A stretch of 64,000 bases of DNA from Octopus sinensis (Eukaryota), in assembly GCF_006345805.1 (NCBI RefSeq), contig NC_043009.1, forward strand, positions 36,022,001-36,086,000. Direction: 5' to 3'. The notes below the pieces were generated by a model, which searched no databases, was not told where the DNA came from, and saw only the letters and a list, made by a program, of their open reading frames with translations. The position numbers and the translations under genes are program-made. Shown piece after piece: positions 26,395-40,650 of the stretch; position 1 is the first letter of the stretch; each line of letters begins with the position of its first letter.

Positions 26395-27345
26395 CTCATT
26401 TGTTATTTGACTTTTTGTCATCGCAACCGTCATTACAGCTGCTTCGACTGTCGTTGTAGATATTGTTGTTGGTGATGATGATGATGATGACGACGACGAC
26501 GACAGTAACGATGTATTTTTGGATAAAGAAATTAACTCTACAAAAATAGTCTAAGATTTTTTTTTAGAATTTCCTACTTTTATTTGAATTTTTGTTTGCT
26601 GTATTTTTTTTCTGTTTGTTTCAAGCAATTATTTTTCAATTTTCAGCATGTTATTTCAGGCTATTTTAGCAACTTTATCACAATATTTTCATCATTAAAA
26701 GGAAATGATTGCCGTTATTTGCGCCAGACAAAATGCGTTCATTTTTCCCCTCCTTTGTTCTAAGTTCGAATTCCGACGAAGTCAGCTATTTTAATCCGTC
26801 CGGGGCTCGATAGAACAAACTACTAGTGAAGTATTGGAATCAATCTAATCGGTTCATCCCTCCCTTTGTATTGCTGGTTTAGCGTCCAAATAAAAATAAT
26901 GACACGCCAGGCAAAATGCTTGGCGGCATTTCGTCCGTCTTTAAGTTCTGAGCTCAAATCCTGTCCGTCCTTACGTTCTGAGTTCAAATTCTGCCGAGGT
27001 CGACTTTACTTTTCATTCTTTCGGGGTCTATAAAATAAGTATTAGTTGAGTACAGGGATCAATGCGATCGACTTACCGCCTCACCTGAAACTGCTGACTT
27101 TGACAGTGTCGTTGGAGCGTTAAGCAATCTATCCTGCATCAAGCAATCTATCCTGCGATAAACAATCTATCCAGCAACTATGCTTCGTATATGAGAGAAA
27201 TATTTCAGCTTCCTTAAATGACTAAAATCAAAAAGAAACATTACTCATCCTTTTTTCGTTTCTTGCAGTTTTTTAAATCCTGTTTGGCGATGACCTCAGA
27301 CTTAATCCTTCCTCATAGGGAGTTTGCTGGTGCACGTCTAATTAT

Positions 27346-27423
<78 letters not shown>

Positions 27424-29867
27424 TGTTTTTTTTTGTTTTTTACGAGCATGAGTTTCGACTGTGGTATGTGATTCTTCTTCATGGTTGATGAATGAAAATT
27501 TTTTCTTCGTTTATTTTGTAAATAAAGGACTTAGCTGGCATGATAACATCTCCCTTATTCATCAAGGCATGCATATAAGCTCTGCTTTTTAGACATTTCT
27601 TAATTTCTGTAAATATGATATCTCTTACTACAACAAAGGAGAAAAACAAAACAAAGAGGAAGGGAAACTTGTTTGGAACCAAAGGAAGATATTTTTTTCC
27701 ACAACAAAAGATACATGAAAATACCGACATAATGAAACCAGACAACCAAAGCAAAGTGATTTTATTATCATTAACAACAGCAAACACACAAACACAGAAC
27801 TTAACGAGTGGAGATGTTGTTATTTTGAATTGTGTAAAAAAAAATATATCAACAGCATTTCAGTGAAGAGCAATAACATTATAAAACAACACGTTTGACA
27901 ACAATAAAAACAACCACGATGGCGCCGGCGAGAACAAAAGCAACAATATTCGTAGATACATACGCATATTGTCAAACAAAAGTATTTTGAGTAGAGGAGA
28001 CGTTTCAGCTTTCGCGAACGTCCTCTTCGCATAATAGTCATATGCAACATTTAAGTAAACGAACAACTTCATGGCAAGTTTATAACATACTAACAGATGC
28101 TTCTTTACTCTAAACAATTAACTAGACATGAAGAAGAAGAAAGTATCTTGTCTAAGCCAAAACGGTCTTCTATATGCCCTCAAAAGATCAACTTAAGGCT
28201 ACACTCACCGCCGCGGGGAACTAACAGTTCTACATAGGTAGAAGGAAGACATGTTGTACAATATGTATTGTTTTTTAGAACTGGGGGTAGAGTGAGAGCA
28301 GAAACTGAGTACATGACACACCTGCCCATAAGCTGGTCCTACGGTATTTGGAACAGATTAAAACGAGGCTAAGCCCAAAGAGTATTGGTAACAATGTCTA
28401 CCCCTGAATCATCATCATTTTACTTGCACACAACGGACAAGTGGTGAACGCTGATTTGACTTTTGTGATATGAGGTCGAGTAAAGTTACGAGGGACATAT
28501 AAGCCCTCGTAACACTGCAACACCACGAAATGATCTCAGAGTTGTTCCCAGTAGTGGTACCAGAAGAAATACTTTTAAGAATGATTATTCAAAGCAAAAG
28601 AAACTCAACTAAAGATATGGCACAAAAAGTCGTTTAAGACATTTCTGTCAAGATATGCCGAAAAGAAGAAAGCAACAACAGCATCAGCAGACCATGGGGT
28701 TGCTGCTTAAAAAACAACATTAATTACTAATCTGGAGACATTGGAAAAAATCGTCCTCACTTTTAGAGGCTCAGAGGTCTGTTCCTCTTTAACCCCAATT
28801 CTCTACCACAGTAGAAGGCGAGCAGTGACGTGGTGTATTCTAATCAACGGAATTGCTATTGTCTCACTTCTAAGCGGGTGACTTACCTTAAGTGCAAACA
28901 AATATGCATACCTACATAATAATTAGCTTGAAGAATGGAACAATTCGTCTTACTACAATTGTTTCGTCGACATTTTAACAGAAGATTATTGCTGCAATAT
29001 TATTATAAAATATACAAAATAATATATAAAATCAGTATTATTTTATCAATACCGGAAAATATCGACTCATCAGGTTTGCATATAAAATTGATTTGCTGAA
29101 TGAGATCGTACTTCACACAATATATACCCCTCGTTGAAGATGTCCTTATCATTTTACCAACATGTGAAAGCTAAACCAGGAAAAAAACATAATAAACTAC
29201 AAATGCAAATTAACCAGCCTAGAAATAGGATAAATCAAAGAGAAGAAAAGAATAAATGGAAAATAAATAAATAAAATAAAATAAATGCGTACATTAATTA
29301 TATACGGTAATAGATGTTGGTGTCTGAAGAATCATATGTCTATCAATAGCTTGTATATTCTTTAAAGTCATTAAGGTGGCTGACACCAGAATTCATTATC
29401 TACTTCGTAATTTGATACTGCGCTTTGTTACCTAGAGTTAATTGTCAAAAGTTTCTCGCCACCGATTGATTTACTAGCAAACTGCTAGAAAAAATATTTA
29501 TCATGTTCTCCCATTCTCACGAACACACAGACTGGTATTTTTCTAGGCAGATAAAAAGTAAATTATTGCTAGGATGTGTTTATTCTGAATAAATATATAA
29601 ATCAAGCGAATAATTAAAATTATGTAGAATGTTCAAGGAAAGAGAAACCAATTCTCAAATTATTATATCTACATGTATAATGTTAAAAATAAAAAATAGT
29701 GCATAGCAACTATATCAAAATTATCAGAAACTAAAAAAAAAATAGTGTAGTATTTATATAGTCATTCACGTATATACCCACACACTCACATATTTGCACC
29801 GTTACAGAAATACCAAGGTAAAGACAGACACACTTGTACACTCATAAACAAATTCTTTTACACATAC

Positions 29868-29922
<55 letters not shown>

Positions 29923-29928
29923 CAGAGG

Positions 29929-29959
<31 letters not shown>

Positions 29960-29970
29960 ACAGACAGAGG

Positions 29971-30024
<54 letters not shown>

Positions 30025-30075
30025 TTTCTACGCCAACACATAAGTTTGTACAGAAGCGTTCGTATTTATTAAATA

Positions 30076-30908
30076 CTAGCATTAAAGACCCGTCGTTGCC
30101 GGGTCATAGTGCTAGTGCATGTATATATATGTGTATATATATGTGTACATATTACATGTACATCTATATATATACATCTACACATAAAATGCAAAATACA
30201 AAGTTATATCTTGATATCGCTAGTGATAACAATACTCAAAATATATAACAGACTGGAATTGTTAGCTCTTCTTTTTTTCTACATTGTATACTTTATAGAC
30301 AATAGTCTTTTCTTTAATTTAATTTTTTATTATCCATCTGGACTATTCCATTTCTGCACGCTAATTTTATTTTTAATTTATTCCCATTCATGTGAAACCA
30401 CTTATTCAAGTTCAAATCCTTGATGCAATTTTATACCAATTGCTATTTTAACATTTGTTATGTTACGATTATATTATACTTTAGTTTGATTTTAATTATT
30501 ACTTACTACATATAATTCAATTGTTATTATTATTTTTATTGTTAAAGTGAAAGTATCTGACATAAAATAGAGAAATATTTTTGTTTCACTTTTAACACGT
30601 AATACTGAAATAGTGGAGAAGATATGATATTGCTATGGGCTCGCTCTAGGCAAGAAGTTGAACATTTTTTTGTTGCCCATGAAACTACATGGACCCTAAG
30701 TAAGGCATGTGTAAAATTTGAATGATATTTGTTGTGTAGTTCTCAAGTTTTAAGGAATCGTAGTGGAGAAGATATGATATTGCTGTGGGCTCGCCCTAGG
30801 CAAAAAGTTTTAAAATTTTTTGCCGATGACACTCCCAGCACCCTAAGTAAGGCATGTATAAAATTTGAATGAAATTGGTTGTGTAGTTCTCAAGTTTTAG
30901 GGAAAAAC

Positions 30909-30945
<37 letters not shown>

Positions 30946-30950
30946 AAAAA

Positions 30951-30991
<41 letters not shown>

Positions 30992-31019
30992 CACATTCTC
31001 AGTTTTATATATATAAAGA
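30076..31019 (-). mobile_element. Non-autonomous Helitron
   Basis: A|TCTTTATATATATAAAA 5' end, (CTGT)n, two ~150-bp internal tandem repeats (30611-30905), subterminal hairpin GACCCG-GCAACGA-CGGGTC, and CTAG|T 3' end. Confidence 0.85.
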
Positions 31020-31962
31020 TACCAACGATAAAATTTCATATATATTGAAATCTGTTTTTCCACAATGCATTTTCGGAGAGATATTCATATCAGCAGAGTG
31101 ACTGCTGTATGTATGTATGTATGTATGTATGTATGTATGTATGTATGTATGTATGTATGTATGTATGTATGTTTGTATGTATGTAAGTATGTATGTATGT
31201 ATGTATGTATGTTTGTATGTATGTATGTATGTACGTATGTATGCATGTATGTCTGTATTCTTTCTTCTCTTTAATTTAGGATAAATTTTAATTGATCACC
31301 TGTAAAGTGTGTGAAGGAGAGCATTTTGTTTTGTTCAACATCTTTTTAATCTGAAGGTTTTGCAGATTTAATAATAACCAGATATCGTGATAATTTGTAG
31401 CGTATAAATGAAGGATTTGCTTTCTCACCCCAAGTTCATCCCTACTTTGCTGCAAACGGGTTTGGTACGTATCTAGTTGCTTCAATAATAATGGGAATCT
31501 TGGAAACTGGATTTGCAAACACCTTATCAATGCTCCATTTCTTGCATTTTCATAACCACATTCGTATCCAGGGGTCAGTTGATTATCACAATAGAACATA
31601 TTTTTTCTTAATGCATGTTGACTAACACATACACACACACACGTATACATAAATAATCTAAGATTTGCTTTAAATGCTCGACATGCAATCAGTATCGCGT
31701 TAAATTCCTATTCTCCAATATTGTACACTTAACCGAGAAAGCCTACTATCAGGTCTCTCCTGGGTGATTTTCCATTCGGCAGTTTCATAATAATCGTCAA
31801 GAATGTTGCAGCGGTGATCTGATGTTTTGGGAGAGGCATTTGCACAATACTCACTTCACAGTTCATTTAAGTATGCTTCACCGCGATTGTATTCTTTATT
31901 TACTTTCCAGGTTCCTCGCCAGAATAACTCTTGGTCTTCCGGAAGGAAAGCATTTACTAACT

Positions 31963-32360
31963 TACTCTCTCTTTTACTCTCTTTTACTTGTTTCAGTCAT
32001 TTGACTGCGGCCATGCTGGAGCAACGCCTTTAGTCGAGCAAATCGACCCCAGGACTTATTCTTTGTAAGCCCAGTACTTATTCTATCGGTCTATTTTGCC
32101 GAACTGCTAAAGTTACGGGGACGTAAACACACCAGTATCGGTTGTCAAGTGAAGTTGGGGGGACAAACACAGACACACAAACACACACACACATATATAT
32201 ATATACGACAGACTTCTTTCAGTTTCCGTCTACCAAATCCACTCACAAGGCTTTGGTCAGCCCGAATCTATAGTAGAAGACACTTGCCCAGGAGGCCACG
32301 CAGTGGGGCTGAACCCGGAACCATGTGGTTGGTAAGCAAGCTACTTACAACACAGCCACT
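31963..32360 (-). mobile_element. SINE family A copy
   Basis: Reverse complement of the 908-1327 family. Confidence 0.85.
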
Positions 32361-33179
32361 AACTTGATGATATCGCCTTTCAAAATGCGATGTATAGCTT
32401 ATGTTCCGGAAAAACAAAGACTTTTCTAGCAATGGCTTTACTCGTATACGAGAAAGCAGCCACTATACTATATGTGTACGTATAAGTAATCATAACATTT
32501 TGAACCTCCCTACTATTATCATTTTTTTTTTTTTTTGCCATGCTTAAATAAGTTTATGAGAAGAACTTAGAACAACAACCAACGTAATAAGAATTCAAGG
32601 AAGAGGGCAAATGAAAAAAAAGGTCATGTTTCTGTACGAAAATTAATATAAAATTATGTATGGCCATTTTACTCTAAAAGATAACACTACAATAGACTAC
32701 TGACACAAGATACCATTTGTTGTTTTACGAAACAAATATAGACAGTTCTTACCGCTTATTCATGTAGCCTTTAGTAATGTCGGAAAAAAATGTCCTTCTG
32801 GGACTGTCTTGTTTATCGAAGGTAATGACATATAAATATTGACTAGACTGTAAAATCATGCCCGGAGATAGAGCCAACCTAAAAGTGAAATTCAAAAAAT
32901 ATGTTAAAAAGAAGTTTAAAAGATAATGACGAAGATAATTAATATATAATTAATATGATTGAATTGTGGAAGTTGTTCATATTCATAGTAGAATAACAGC
33001 AGTCACTTTTGCAGAAATTATATCCACATTATATATATTGCAATAAAAGCTATTTTTGTCACACACATATGAGTGGTCATATATATATGTGTGTGTGTGT
33101 GGTGTATAGATGTATGTATATATGTATATATGTATGTATATATATATATGTGTATATATATATATATGTGTATATATAT

Positions 33180-33215
<36 letters not shown>

Positions 33216-33239
33216 CGTATATACATATACATATATACA

Positions 33240-33973
33240 GGAGAGTATTATAGTTCACTTGAAGCATTGTGTATTGAAGTAACGAACAAGGGACAACAAT
33301 CAATGCACACTAACAAACTGTCCCATCCATGACACATATTTATGCCAACGGGTAAAGGCTGTGTATAAAATACTATGTAACAAATGCAACAAGTTCTATG
33401 TGGGTAGCACAAGACCGTTACACGTCCGCATCAAAGAACATCTGAACAGGAGAGCCTCCTCCTTCGGAAAACATCTAGACAGATGCTGGAACACTGACAA
33501 AAGCATAACAGTAACAATTGAGGCCAATGAAAGAAATTTGGGTAATTTAAGAATTAAGGAAGCTATACTCATACACAGACTAGGGCCCCAAATTAACAAC
33601 AGGCTGGAGGTTGGTAATCAATATATTATTTACCTACATCTGAATGCGTGTAGGTTCATTTATGATATGCTCCTCTGTAGTCTATTACAAAAAAGAAAGA
33701 AAAGAGAAAAAATAAGGAAAAAAGGAAGTTCCACCTTTAATACATAACTTAGAAGCAGCACTAAGATGTACCAGCACACACGAGATTGAGACATGGCCAT
33801 TCTCACGCACTTCTCATGAGGAATTCCAGAAGGAGCTTCGTGAGACCACTGTTGGGACGCTTCCAAACAAAATAAGAGAAAAGAAAAGCCGTTGGAAAAC
33901 CGATTATTGCAGAGTCTCCATCTAATAATATCTGAAGAAGGAATTTTATTCCGAAATATCATCAGACTCATTG
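33240..33973 (+). mobile_element. Penelope-like element 3' fragment (GIY-YIG + 3' UTR with HHR-like motif) between (TA)n tracts
   Basis: ORF 33361-33747 reads VYKILCNKCNKFYVGSTRPLHVRIKEHL..LRIKEAILIHRLGPQINNR. Confidence 0.88.
33912..33969 (+). ncRNA. Hammerhead-like motif with a 14-nt insertion before C3
   Basis: GAGUCU [14 nt] CUGAAGA A GGAAU uuu AUUCC GAAAU auc AUC^ AGACUC, then (TA)n. Confidence 0.5.
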
Positions 33974-34067
<94 letters not shown>

Positions 34068-34288
34068 TGAATATGCTCCCCCACTGTCAGAGATACACAT
34101 ATTGTGGGCCACTAAGGAACATGCTTAACTGGTTAAGGTGAAGCAACTGACTAGAAAATCTATGGATCTGAACAGAATATTTGCTGTAGCCCATCTTTTA
34201 TACCAAGACGAAACAATGTACATGATAACACTTCCAATCAGTTAAAGATCTAAAGCCATGAGACCCAATGCCTAGGACTGCATCAGGG

Positions 34289-34348
<60 letters not shown>

Positions 34349-34850
34349 CATCATCATCATTATTATCATTAGTATTATTCTTATTTTCTATTTTTATGTT
34401 TTTATTTATCTTATGTTTTATTTTGTACTAGCTGTTTGATTCTGAGTGTTTATTCCGAATGTTTTCTTATATTTTCATTTCCAGTATTATTGTTGTTCCT
34501 GATTCCTGGATATATCAGGCTATAAGGGTAATATTTAAGGGCCCTTATTATAATTCGAACATAATTGATTATATGTTTTAAGGAATATTAAACTGTTGAA
34601 ACGAGCGTAGAAACAAAGGATGCGAAATATGGATAGGTTGTTTTCTGTCATTATTTCCATTTCACTTGGCTCTGTTCCTTCGTTGTAATCTAAATTCAAA
34701 TATAAGTAACATTATTCTCGGTTAGGTGCACAATATTGGAGAATAGGAATTTAACGCGATACGGATATAGAGTATTAATACCATTAGCAGCGTATCGAGC
34801 ATTTAAAGCGCATCTTAGATTATTTATGTGTACGTGTGTGTGCGTGTGTT

Positions 34851-34926
<76 letters not shown>

Positions 34927-35426
34927 CGCGCGTGTGTCTACATATGTATGTGTGTTAGTTAACATGCATTAACAGACCGCCTCGATGTTGAAGTTGAATG
35001 AGCAGCAAAAGTAGTTGATTTTTTTTGTTGTTGTTCTATGAGACGAAGCGAATAATTTAGCGGCGCCAATTAGTCTGCCACTTACAGAAGCTGACATGTC
35101 AGTTACAGCAGATGGAAACAAATGGGCGATGCCGCTGTTGAGTATGGATAGGTTGACCGTCTAGCAGTGTTAGGTTACATGTGGTGTTGCTGTGGCTGTG
35201 TTTGTTGTTGGTGTTAGCAATGGTGGGTAATCGGAAGTTGCACTACTTAAGAGATGACAAGATATAATCTCAGTATGATTAAACTGGAGCTATCTGCTCC
35301 ACCTCTACATATGATTCAAATAAAGTTAATGTGGTATTTTCCAATGAGCAATGGTTTGAAGATACTTAATTGGGCGCGATCTATCGTTAAAAAAAAATGA
35401 TTGATACAACAATTTGTTTCAAGATA

Positions 35427-35660
35427 CCTATTTCTTTATTACCCACAAGGGGCTAAACATACAGGGGACAAACAAGGACATACATAGGTATTAATTCGAT
35501 TACATCGACCCCAGTGCGTAACTGGTACTTATTTAATCGACCCCGAAAGGATGAAAAGTAAAGTTGTCCTCGGCTGAATTTGAACTCACAACGTAACGGC
35601 AGACTAAATACCGCTAAGCATTTCGCCCGGCGCGCTAACGTTTCTGCCAGCTCGCCGCCT
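35427..35660 (-). mobile_element. SINE family B copy
   Basis: Near-exact reverse complement of 14066-14297. Confidence 0.85.
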
Positions 35661-35951
35661 TTGTTTCAAGTTACCAGTTTCTCACTGAGGCGGAGTGAGT
35701 CAATTGCTATATCCTACCATTTAGCCTACCAATTTCTACGTTTCAACTGAAACAAGCAATGCAGAACAAAACCAAATTTATTCCACTTCAATGATTTGAT
35801 CCTAAGATAAGAGTTAGATGTACAGATTTATATATCTTAGGATCAATGCTGGACTGAAACAAAAGGTTAAACAGTACATATAATTTCTGAAATACGTCTT
35901 CATTTTTCTTTTCATATTACAACGAACTATATGTGTTAGTGTGTGGGGGGT

Positions 35952-36079
35952 GCTGTTTGAATTTTGGATAATTCTTTATTAACGCTTTCTTTCGTTTAAC
36001 CGAACCCTTTAATTTCACTTGAAAAGTTCGGTTAAACAAACGAAAGCGCTAATAAAGAATCACCCAAAATTCTGACAGC
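35952..36079. repeat. 128-bp imperfect hairpin (MITE-like)
   Basis: GCTG..GAATTTTGG..ATTCTTTATTA..CGCTTTC..GTTTAACCGAAC mirrored on the right arm. Confidence 0.75.
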
Positions 36080-36401
36080 CTCCTTTTTCTTAATACATAT
36101 TTATGTATGTATGTATGTATGTATGTATGTATGTATGTATGTATGCATGTATGTATGTATGTATGTATGTATGTATGTATGTATGTATGTATGTATAAAA
36201 ATGGGTAGAAAGGGAGTGCACCACCATATATATTATCTATAGATACGGATATGGGAGTATAAACATATATTCATACATACATTTACTTTTACATACACTC
36301 ATTCAAAAAACAACATGCTATGATATATAGGCATAGAAATGTGTATGTGCGCGCGTGTGTGTATGTTGTGTGTGTCTGTATTCATAGTTAGATAGATAAA
36401 C

Positions 36402-36433
<32 letters not shown>

Positions 36434-36441
36434 GTATATAT

Positions 36442-36484
<43 letters not shown>

Positions 36485-36551
36485 GCACACACACACTAAC
36501 ACATAAATATATATATATATATTTATATATATATTTATATCATTGCGCCTC

Positions 36552-36606
<55 letters not shown>

Positions 36607-36609
36607 ATG

Positions 36610-36648
<39 letters not shown>

Positions 36649-36784
36649 CGAATACACAGTGCAAACAAGGGAGTCAGAGAAAGGCAGAATGCCACCTATA
36701 TCTGAACACTACTATGGAAGTATTCCTTTAAAAAAACCTTTCTTCTAATTTTTCTAAATTTTTCTAAATTTAATTATTTAATCG

Positions 36785-36828
36785 TTACAGTTGAAAAGGT
36801 CTCAAAATGACCGAAACCGGTACTGAAA
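36785..36828 (+). ncRNA. Hammerhead ribozyme with U3-A8 core variant
   Basis: UUaCAG UUGAAAA GGUC ucaaaau GACC GAAAC CG GUA^ CUGaAA; palindromic stem III ACCGGU. Confidence 0.6.
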
Positions 36829-37189
36829 GATTCACTATAAAATCATCTTAGCATTTTCTATTTTTGACTTGTTTTTTCATATATATATATATATATATAT
36901 ATTAACCATGTGTGTCTATCAGCCTGTATGCATGTATGCGTCACTAATGAAAAACCAACCGATTTCATTTATGCTTTACTTAGGGTCCCTGTGGTGTCAT
37001 GGACCAAAAAAAAATTTTCAATATCTTACATTATTTCAGTTATATGTCTCAAAAGTGAAACAATAACATCTCTATATTAATGTGATTTACTTTCAGTTTT
37101 AATACTGAAACTATTATCTCACATATATACATGATCCAGGCCATATCTAACTTAATAACATCACCTGATAGGATCATCTAAATCCTTTT

Positions 37190-37470
37190 AAAGTCAAGTT
37201 TTGTAGTATCGTGGTCCATTCGAGTAGTGAGTTCTTGTTGAATAAGTTATATACAGGTATAGGTGGCTTGTCTGGTATCCCTTGAAGAAATTCCTTTCAG
37301 AGGTGATGGGATCGTTTTCCTTTTTGATCTGTTTTGGGACAATGTTAAATAGGGCAGGGCCTGTTGAGGAAAAGAAATTGTGTTGTAGTGTATTTATGTG
37401 TTCTTATCCTGAACTGGGTATGGGACGATGTTGAAGTTAATGTTGAGATCGTTTCAGCGATTATACATAC
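37190..37470 (-). mobile_element. CR1/L2-like LINE 3' end fragment
   Basis: STGPALFNIVPKQIKKENDPIT..FLQGIPDKPPIP..NKNSLLEW. Confidence 0.55.
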
Positions 37471-37480
37471 ATATATATAT

Positions 37481-37521
<41 letters not shown>

Positions 37522-37537
37522 CGAGAGAGAGAGAGAG

Positions 37538-37619
<82 letters not shown>

Positions 37620-37620
37620 T

Positions 37621-37693
<73 letters not shown>

Positions 37694-37704
37694 GTATCTT
37701 TATG

Positions 37705-37737
<33 letters not shown>

Positions 37738-39875
37738 TTATGTATATATATATTATTCAACCACGGTAGTGTTTGAATATATTCTTAAGTCCATCATTTC
37801 GTTAATCGCAACAGCTTTCAAGCTTCACCATTAATTCAGTTCTCAGCTAAATTGCAAACTGTTAACAGTTTTAAAGAGGACACCTCCTCAGCTACACTTT
37901 GGCATAAATAGTTTGAGATTTGGTTCAGTAGCAAAAAGAAGTTACATCAAAACATCAAGTGGGCAGTAAAGCAGATACTTTTCTTGGACTTAAATAATAG
38001 AAAAATGCATGAGGAATTCAGAATCGTTAGTCGCATTGAACAAATCTTAGTAAAAAAACAGTTATGAGGTAAAATGTTACGAAATTTAGTGTCAGTTAGT
38101 GAGGAACTAATAAGTAATGCCTAAGCAATAAGAATAAAGAACATATTTCTAAAATGAAAGTTTACGTTCTAAGTCGGCGATCTGGCAGATTCGTTAGTTC
38201 GCAGGGTGAAATTCTTCGAGGTCGACTTTGACGTATGGATTATTTAATTAATTTTTTTTAACTAAACACTTTCAAACTTCCTATCCTGGTATAATGTATC
38301 ACAGAGAAGATGGTTTATTCTCAACGTTTTTGACAAAATTTTGTAATTTAGAAGCTGTATTTCGTCTGTCTTTACGATCTGAGTTCAAATTCCGCCGAAG
38401 TCGACTTTGCCTTTCATCCATTTCAGATCTATTCAATTAGACGTACAGATTATTATTATTTTTTTAAACTGAACAGTTTCAAACTTCCGATGCTGGTAGA
38501 ATTTGTCACATAGAACAGGGTTTACTCTTAACGTTTTCCACAAAATTTTGTATTTTAGAAGTTATTTCGTCAGAAGTTACAGAGTGACAATAGACAAATT
38601 CGTGTTTGATAAATGCCAATACACGAAACTCTAAGCTTTTGACTTAGTCTCTAACTCCTGCCGATGATATATATGCATATTACATATATGTGTAAAAAAA
38701 AACTCTCGTCACGCAATCGAACCAATGAAAGAGCCTCTACCTGGTCGCTCGACACGCTAAAAATAGCAACTAAAGTATCCCCCTGCCTAAATCATGCGCC
38801 CATTGTATGTAATGTCCGAGATTATCTCTAAAAAGACGGTTTGCTGAAGGCTGGAATGTCTTTGACGATCCGTTTGCAGTATCAGGTTTGATTTGAGGCT
38901 AAATAACAACAACATTATGGTAAAATTCTATATTAACACACGCACGATTTTCACTAAGAAAGAAAAAAACAAAAAATTTGATTTGATTTTTGGTGTGGAA
39001 TCAAGTACCCTGACCTCTTAATATGCAGCAAATCCCTTATTTTGCTTCGGAAAAACTTCTTTTTTTTTCGTTGAATGAATATCTGTGACCTAATATTGCA
39101 AAATTAGATTACTTAAGGCGAGCCTGGTAACTGATGGTTTTGGGGTCTTGTTTGTAACTTTTGGTGAGCCATGGTGCAACCAACAATGTGGTAAAAATCC
39201 CTGACATTAATTTGGTGTGGATGGGTTATATCAAATAATTCAACCACAACATATATTTAAATTAAACATGGAAAAAAATTGAAATATTATTATCACTTAC
39301 ATGGTAAAATTGAAATATTATCTTTCAGTATTTCATAAGGTAAAATCTTAAATTATTAATTGACACATTATTAATTATCTTATAACAGCAATGCCTGTAG
39401 AAATCATGGATTACATGGGAAAATGCGAGCATGAAAAGTAATATTCTTAAGATTATAAACCTGGAAAAGTACAGGACAAGTTATTACACCTGTAAAAGTA
39501 TAGGACAAGATATTATTTCTAGTAAAGTAAAGAATAAGAAACGTTTTACTTAAAATATTGCAGCTAATTTAATATTAAAATTTAATTTATTATAGTTTAC
39601 AAATAACACTATACTTATTTAAATAGAATTTGGCTAATTTACTACCTAAAAATACAGAAAAATGTGTCTAATTAGACAAACTTACAAATTAGCTGAACAG
39701 TTTTGTACAATAAATTTATACGATGAGAACTGTAAAGAGTGACAAATTAGAACTGACATATTATGCTGCGACATTTGAAGTAAAAAGTGTACTAACTTGT
39801 CCTGTTCTTTTCCAGGTTTATAATCTGAAGAATGTTACTTTTCATGCTCGCATTTTTCCATGTAATATACATGCA

Positions 39876-39926
<51 letters not shown>

Positions 39927-40568
39927 GCGTTCGTGTGTGTGCGTGTCTGTGTGTGTGTGTATGTGTGTGTGTGTGTGTGTGTGCACATATACGTATATAT
40001 ATATATCAATAATACAATAATTGTTTCTTATCAGGAACAAAATGTTTAATAGGACTGCTATAGAAGTGCTCAATTAAATGAGACAAATATTTTAAGCTAT
40101 GGTTGCAGAACAGACAAATACAAGGTCATCCACGTAACATTTCATATCTCGAACATTTAATCACATAATGTTTTTTCTTTCACATAGAATATACATGTAT
40201 AACATCACGGAAGATGAAACACAACTCATCAGTACAAGCATATAAGAAAATACAAGAAAAATGCGTGAATACAGTTCATCTCAGTTAAAAGTTAACGATC
40301 AATACTTTAGCGATTAAGAAATAGATATTTTTTTTAAAACATTACAACACCTAGATTAATAAAAATATAAGAAATATATAAATATATAGATATATAAAAA
40401 TACATATATAAATATAGGAAGCATATAAAAAAGTAATATATAATATATAAGGTCAGATAAAAGTTCATTGTTTAGAAATTTTTTTCCGATTAAAAATTAC
40501 TTTTCAGATAAGGGAAACCTATAGTTAAAAGCCAGTGTCCAAGCAAAAATGAAGAAACCATATTTACA

Positions 40569-40650
40569 TTCCCTATGGCCATTTCAGGGGTACATCACTG
40601 TATTTGATGCACGAGGGTGCATCACAATAATTACTCCTTCGTCAGGGAAA
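40569..40650 (-). ncRNA. Type I hammerhead ribozyme with long stem II
   Basis: UUUCC CUGACGA AGGaGUA..UGAUGCAC ccuc GUGCAUCA..UACcCCU GAAAU GGCC AUA^ GGGAA; palindromic stem III AUGGCCAU. Confidence 0.8.

Noticed and set aside
27122-27180. 3 x ~19-bp repeat AAGCAATCTATCCTGC
   Set aside because: An ordinary short minisatellite with no further structure.
29030-29080. Minus-strand CTGATGAGTC motif
   Set aside because: GAAA is absent (ATAAAA); at most a heavily decayed fossil.
35000-35350. GC-richer unique stretch as a host exon
   Set aside because: No sustained ORF, recognisable domain or convincing splice pair on either strand.
38235-38575. Two diverged ~130-bp direct repeats interleaved with SINE B pieces
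   Set aside because: Best explained as fragments of a common interspersed repeat.
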